The position numbers and the translations under genes are program-made. DNA of 64,000 bases from the human T2T-CHM13v2.0 reference genome, Homo sapiens: the NCBI RefSeq assembly GCF_009914755.1, contig NC_060926.1. One strand, given 5' to 3'. The notes under the pieces are model-generated. The model worked only from the letters and a program-made list of their open reading frames with translations, was not told where the DNA came from and ran no database searches. Of the stretch, positions 59,012 through 64,000 are shown piece by piece; the first letter of the stretch is position 1; every line of letters begins with the position of its first letter.

Positions 59012-60915
59012 CTTATTTTTATTTTTTACAGATGCATAATAGATGTACATAGTTTGAGGGTACATGTGATAATTTAATACATTCATAAAATTTGTAAAGA
59101 TCAATCCATCACCTTTTATGTTTGTCTTTTCTTTGTGCTATAAACATTCAAATAGTTCTCTACTAGCTATTTTGAAATCTACTATACATTATTTTAAACT
59201 ATTATTTCCCTACTAATGTATCTAACATTGGGTGTTATTCCTTCTATCATACTGCTTTTTGTACCCATTAATCAACTTTTCTTTATCCTCCCTCCCCACT
59301 ACCCTTTCTGGCCTCTGGTAACCACCAATCTTTTCTGTCTTCATGACGTCCATACTTTTAGCTCCTACTCATGAGTGAGAACACGTAGTATTTATTTTTT
59401 TGTTCTTGGCTTATTTCATTTAACATGACGTCAAGTTCCATTCACGTTGCTGCAAATGATAGGATTTCATTCCTTTATATGGCTGAATAATATTCTAGAG
59501 TGTGTGTGTGTGTGTATGCGCATACATACAGAGCACATTTTCTTCACTTATCTGTTGATGGGCACTTACATTGATTCCATATGCTATTGTGAATAGTTCA
59601 GCAGTAAACATGGGCATACAGAGATCTATACAAGAAAAAACTATACAACATTGATGAAAGAAATTGAAGAGTACAAAAAAATTGATAGATATTCTATGCT
59701 CGTGGATTGGAAGAATTAATATTGTTAAAATAACAATACTACCCAAAGCAATTTATGGATTCACTGCAATCCCTATCAAAATACCAATGGCATTATTCAC
59801 AGAAATAGAAAAAAATCCTAAAATTTATATAGAACTACAGAAGACCCCAAATAGACAAAGCAATCATGAGCAAAAAAGAACATGAGTAAAGCTATAGGCA
59901 TCACATTACTTGACTTCAAAAGTTACTGCGAAACTGTAGTAACCAAATCAGCATGGTATTGGCATTAAAACAGACATATGGACAAATTGAACAGAATAGA
60001 AGACCCAGATATAAATCCACGTATTTACAACCAACTTATTTTCAACAAAGATATTGAGAACATACACTGGGGAATGAACAGTCTCTTTGATAAATTGTGC
60101 TGGGGAAACTGGATAACTGTAGAAGAATGAAACTAGACCCCAATTTCTCACTATACACAAAAAAACAAATCATTTAATTTGATTTTTTAATTAAATTTAA
60201 TTAATTAAATTTAAATTTTTAAATTAAATTAAATTAAATTAATAGATTGAATTAAAGACTTAAATCTAAGACCTGAAACAATGGAAGTTGAAAGTCTTAA
60301 AGAAAACATTTGGGAAATGATCCAGGATATTGTTCTGGAAAGTATTTTCTGTGTAAGACTTTGGAAGCTCGAGTAACCAAAGAAAAATAGACAAATGAGA
60401 TAACAAAGCTAAAAAGCTTCTGCACAGCAAATATAACAATCAACAAATTGAAGGGACAACCCACACAATGGGAGAAACTGTTAGCAAACAATTCATCTGA
60501 CAAGGAATTAATAACCAGAATATATAAGGAGCTCAAACAACTCAATAACAAAAAATTATCTGACAAAAGGTCTGAATAGACATTTCTCTAAAGAAGACAT
60601 ACAAAAGGCCCTCAAGTATATGAAAAAATGTTCAACATCACTAATCATCAGAGAAATGTGAAGCAAAACTATAATGAGACATTATCTCACTCCAGTTAAA
60701 ATTACTTTTATTAAAAGACAAGCAATAATAGAAGCTGGAAGCTGGCACAGATGTGGAGAAAGGGGAATGCCCACACACTGTTGGTGAGAATGTAAATTAG
60801 TACAGCCACTGTAGACGATAGTATGGAGGTTCGTCAAAAATCTAAAAGGAAAACCAGCATATGATCCAGCAAGTTTTCTGCTGGGTATATATCCAAAAGA
60901 AAGGAAATCAGTGTT
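59012..60915. mobile_element. L1MA-type element with 5' inversion (3' end on minus to ~59627, ORF2 on plus to ~60913)
   Basis: gatgtacatagtttgagggtacatgtgataattt 3'UTR, then sense [23 protein letters not shown]2 remnant. Confidence 0.85.
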
Positions 60916-62412
60916 CTTTGAACTTAAATTAGATATAGATAATTTAATTGTGATGAGTTTGCAATTTATGATTTTCTTGATTTGTTGTTTGCAAAGATAA
61001 TTTAAGGTACATTAAAATTACGCAGTCTCAACCCCTTCACTGATTGGCTGGATGGTCTAAGTGGATTTAGCTAGACTACCTCAGAGTGTTTTCAAATGCT
61101 TAATCAAATACTGGTATTCCTGTTAAGGGAAAGTGAATAGGGCAGATGCAATTACAGTTTAAGCTGGGGTGAGCAGCTCTACTCTAGGGCACTACATCTA
61201 TGAAACCACACAAAAGGCAGACACTGATCTGTATAGTCAAAGACTCTAAGAAACAAGTGAACTCTGGGGTGTACAGGGTAATATTAAATTCAGGTAGATA
61301 AATCTGAGGATTTTTTAAGCTAACATAACAGTTCCATGAGCAAGTTGGAAAGCATTTAATGAAATAGATACACACGACCTTTGAAAAGTGAACATTAACT
61401 TGTACTTGTCTAAAATAATCCTTTCTAGTCAAAGAAGGTTTTTAAGCAAGATGAGTTTTGGAGTGTTTGAGTTTATTAGGTTTACTTAAAGATATAACCT
61501 TTATTTCCTTTCTTCTATGTAAGGATATACAGGAAACTTGACATTTGGTTAATTGACTTTTTACATTTCTCATTGGGAAATAAGACTGAAGCTTTATGAA
61601 AATTCAAATCAACTACGTATATGGGATTTTTGTTTCTGCTATGTCTCATTTTTCATTGATGACTACAATAGAATATTATCACGTTTTTCTAGCTGCATGT
61701 CTATTATAATAATAAACATTTTCAGTCTTGGGAAATGAAGAAAATCTTCTTGTCAACATAACTGTATTGCTTTCCATATACTTGATTAGAAAGCCTTTGC
61801 ATATTAAAAAGAGATTTACTGAAGTTCTTATGAAAACTTGAGCTGATATTTCATTTCAATGTGGTTATAATAACTAGTATATTTTTCTTGAGCAAATAAT
61901 GCATAATATTCCCTATCATTTTGTTAATTTGATTAGACGGGTTATAAATTCAGGTTTTCTAATCTTTGAAAGAACCAGTGAGCCAAACATCTGCATATTC
62001 TTACCCAATGAATACACACCTCTGTTAGGAACTTAACTCATAATTGGAGGAACTCTAGCATTCTCTTTTCATTTTCTGGAACATTTTAGTTTATCCAGTA
62101 AACACATCAGTACATGACATAGTTAATCTGTTCTTTTCAGATGTTCTCCTGATCAATACTGTGATCAAATCAATTTATAAACATCCACATAGATCACATA
62201 ACAAGACACTTTCAATGTAATGAGATTCATTCATTCTGTGGAGAAAGACATGAGCCTTTCTACTGTCTGAATAACCACATTTCCATACAGATACTCAATA
62301 TGAAAGGTGTTAGTCAGGTGGCAGAACTGAAAACTATTCTGGAGGGAATAATTGAAGCTAAATGGGATTCTTAGTGCTAATTTGGAACAAGCAGGATATT
62401 TTACCAAGCTGT

Positions 62413-62883
62413 TTGGGGATTCTTAACCTTTAAATGCCACAGGCTCCTTGGAAAATCTTGTTAAAACTATAGAAACCCTCTGAGAATTAATTTTTAAGTG
62501 TACAAAATACCAAAAAATATATATATTGAAATATGGTCACCAAAATAGTTTAAAATAAATGTGTAGTAGGGTAATATATACTGGAAAATTATCTCTATCT
62601 TGAGGTACTTCTAATAACTATCATAATTTCAAAATAGTAACAAGCATACATGATAATCCCAGACACTTGCAACTATAATGTTCTTATGAAAAATCTATGA
62701 TTTATATTATGGATAAAGTACCAGTTATTGCAGTACGTCTATGGTTTGCTGCTTATAGTCATAATTAAAGTAAATGTTATTTCTTACTTAGAAATTAAGG
62801 AAACATATTTTCCCCCATCCAAGTTTATGAATTCTAAACATGGACCACTGTCAAGGTAGTAAAAAAAAGGTTAAGAAACCCTG
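62413..62883 (+). mobile_element. Charlie4-like hAT element
   Basis: Inverted termini ggggattcttaacct ... aggttaagaaaccctg. Confidence 0.65.
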
Positions 62884-63084
62884 TGTTAATGATTTCTCTG
62901 AGAGGCAGAAGTGATAACGAAAACATTAGACTATGCTACATAGATCAAATATACACACAGACACAAAAGAGAGAACATAACCCATTTTGTACTAGAATTT
63001 CCGGTTCTTTGTTATAAGAATCTGTGCCTCTTAGAAGTCAGCATGATGCAGAGTATGTTTGTTTAAGGTCTAGTAGAACATATA

Positions 63085-63085
63085 T

Positions 63086-63133
<48 letters not shown>

Positions 63134-63393
63134 TGGGATGGAGTCTCGCTGTGTCACCCAGGCTGGAGTGCAGTGGCGCGATCTTGGCTCACTGCAACCT
63201 CCGCCTCCTGGGTTCTCCTGAGTAGCTGGGACTACAGGCGCCCGCCACCACGCCTGGCTAATTTTTTGTATTTTTAGTAGAGACGGGGTTTCACCGTGCT
63301 AGCCAGGATGGTCTCGATCTCCTGACCTCACGATCTGCCTGCCTTGGCCTCCCAAAGTGCTGGGATTACAGGCTTGAGCCACCACACCCGGCC
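63085..63393 (-). mobile_element. AluSc/Y with internal ~22-bp deletion and (TTTA)n tail
   Basis: TSD TAGAACATATA at 63074 and 63394. gggttc joins directly to tcctgagtagc. Confidence 0.9.
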
Positions 63394-63744
63394 TAGAACA
63401 TATAATTTAATTAATAAATATTCATTTTAAGAATTCCTGATATCAAAAGAATAACAAGACAGCTATTTGGTTTATGGTACATATTTATTATGGATAATGG
63501 TATGAATGATGTTACATAAAACCAGGAAGAGGAAAACCATGATTAAGATGTTCATTTAGTTTGTAGTGTTTCTATTATGGCTATTGTGCTATCCATATTC
63601 CCCTAAAATGCTGATTTTTGAAAAGGTGTTTAATATATCTCATTTAACATGTCAAAGCAAAGGGAAAATTCTTAATAAAAATACTTAGTGACTTCATTTT
63701 ATTTAAATATTTTCTTAGCCCAAATTTATGGTTTTGGTTATCTA

Positions 63745-63935
63745 GACTATTGTTACTTAAATTGTGGGCCAGGGAGCAGCAGCATCTGCAACTGCATGGG
63801 AACTTATTAGATATGCAGATTCATGAGACCCCTCTCCACTCCAAACTTACTGAGTCATCATTTGGAGGAGTATGGCTAAGGAATCAGTCTTTTAAGAACC
63901 ATACATAATGTTCAACAACAATAACTGCCAGTTAA
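63745..63935. mobile_element. MER5-type hAT MITE
   Basis: cagcagcatc..gggaacttattagatatgcagatt core. Confidence 0.65.
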
Positions 63936-64000
63936 CTACCAATATTTAAACTTAGAAAGATTTTATATTAAAAGAATTCAGAATTCTAATCTCAAGAAAA

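Overview
AT-rich primate (most likely human) genomic DNA, almost entirely intronic. The only host coding sequence is one 169-bp internal exon on the + strand (27178-27346). I recognise its translation as the stem region of GALNT13 (polypeptide GalNAc-transferase 13). The rest is a layered record of transposable elements: the 5' half of an ERV-L provirus (LTR, tRNA-Leu primer-binding site, gag-pro-pol), a full-length antisense L1PA3-like element with open ORF1 and an extended ORF0, three 5'-inverted L1s, about a dozen Alus, several LTRs (MLT2, MST, MER34), DNA transposon relics (Tigger3, MER1, MER85, Charlie, MER5), L2, MIR and microsatellites. I see no convincing new multi-gene system. The best leads are (1) an L1 antisense-promoter/ORF0 splice donor whose phase matches the next GALNT13 exon, and (2) a piggyBac MITE (MER85) that looks circularly permuted, with a TIR-TTAA-TIR junction. 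Repeat subfamily names come from remembered consensus sequences, and boundaries of old repeats are approximate.
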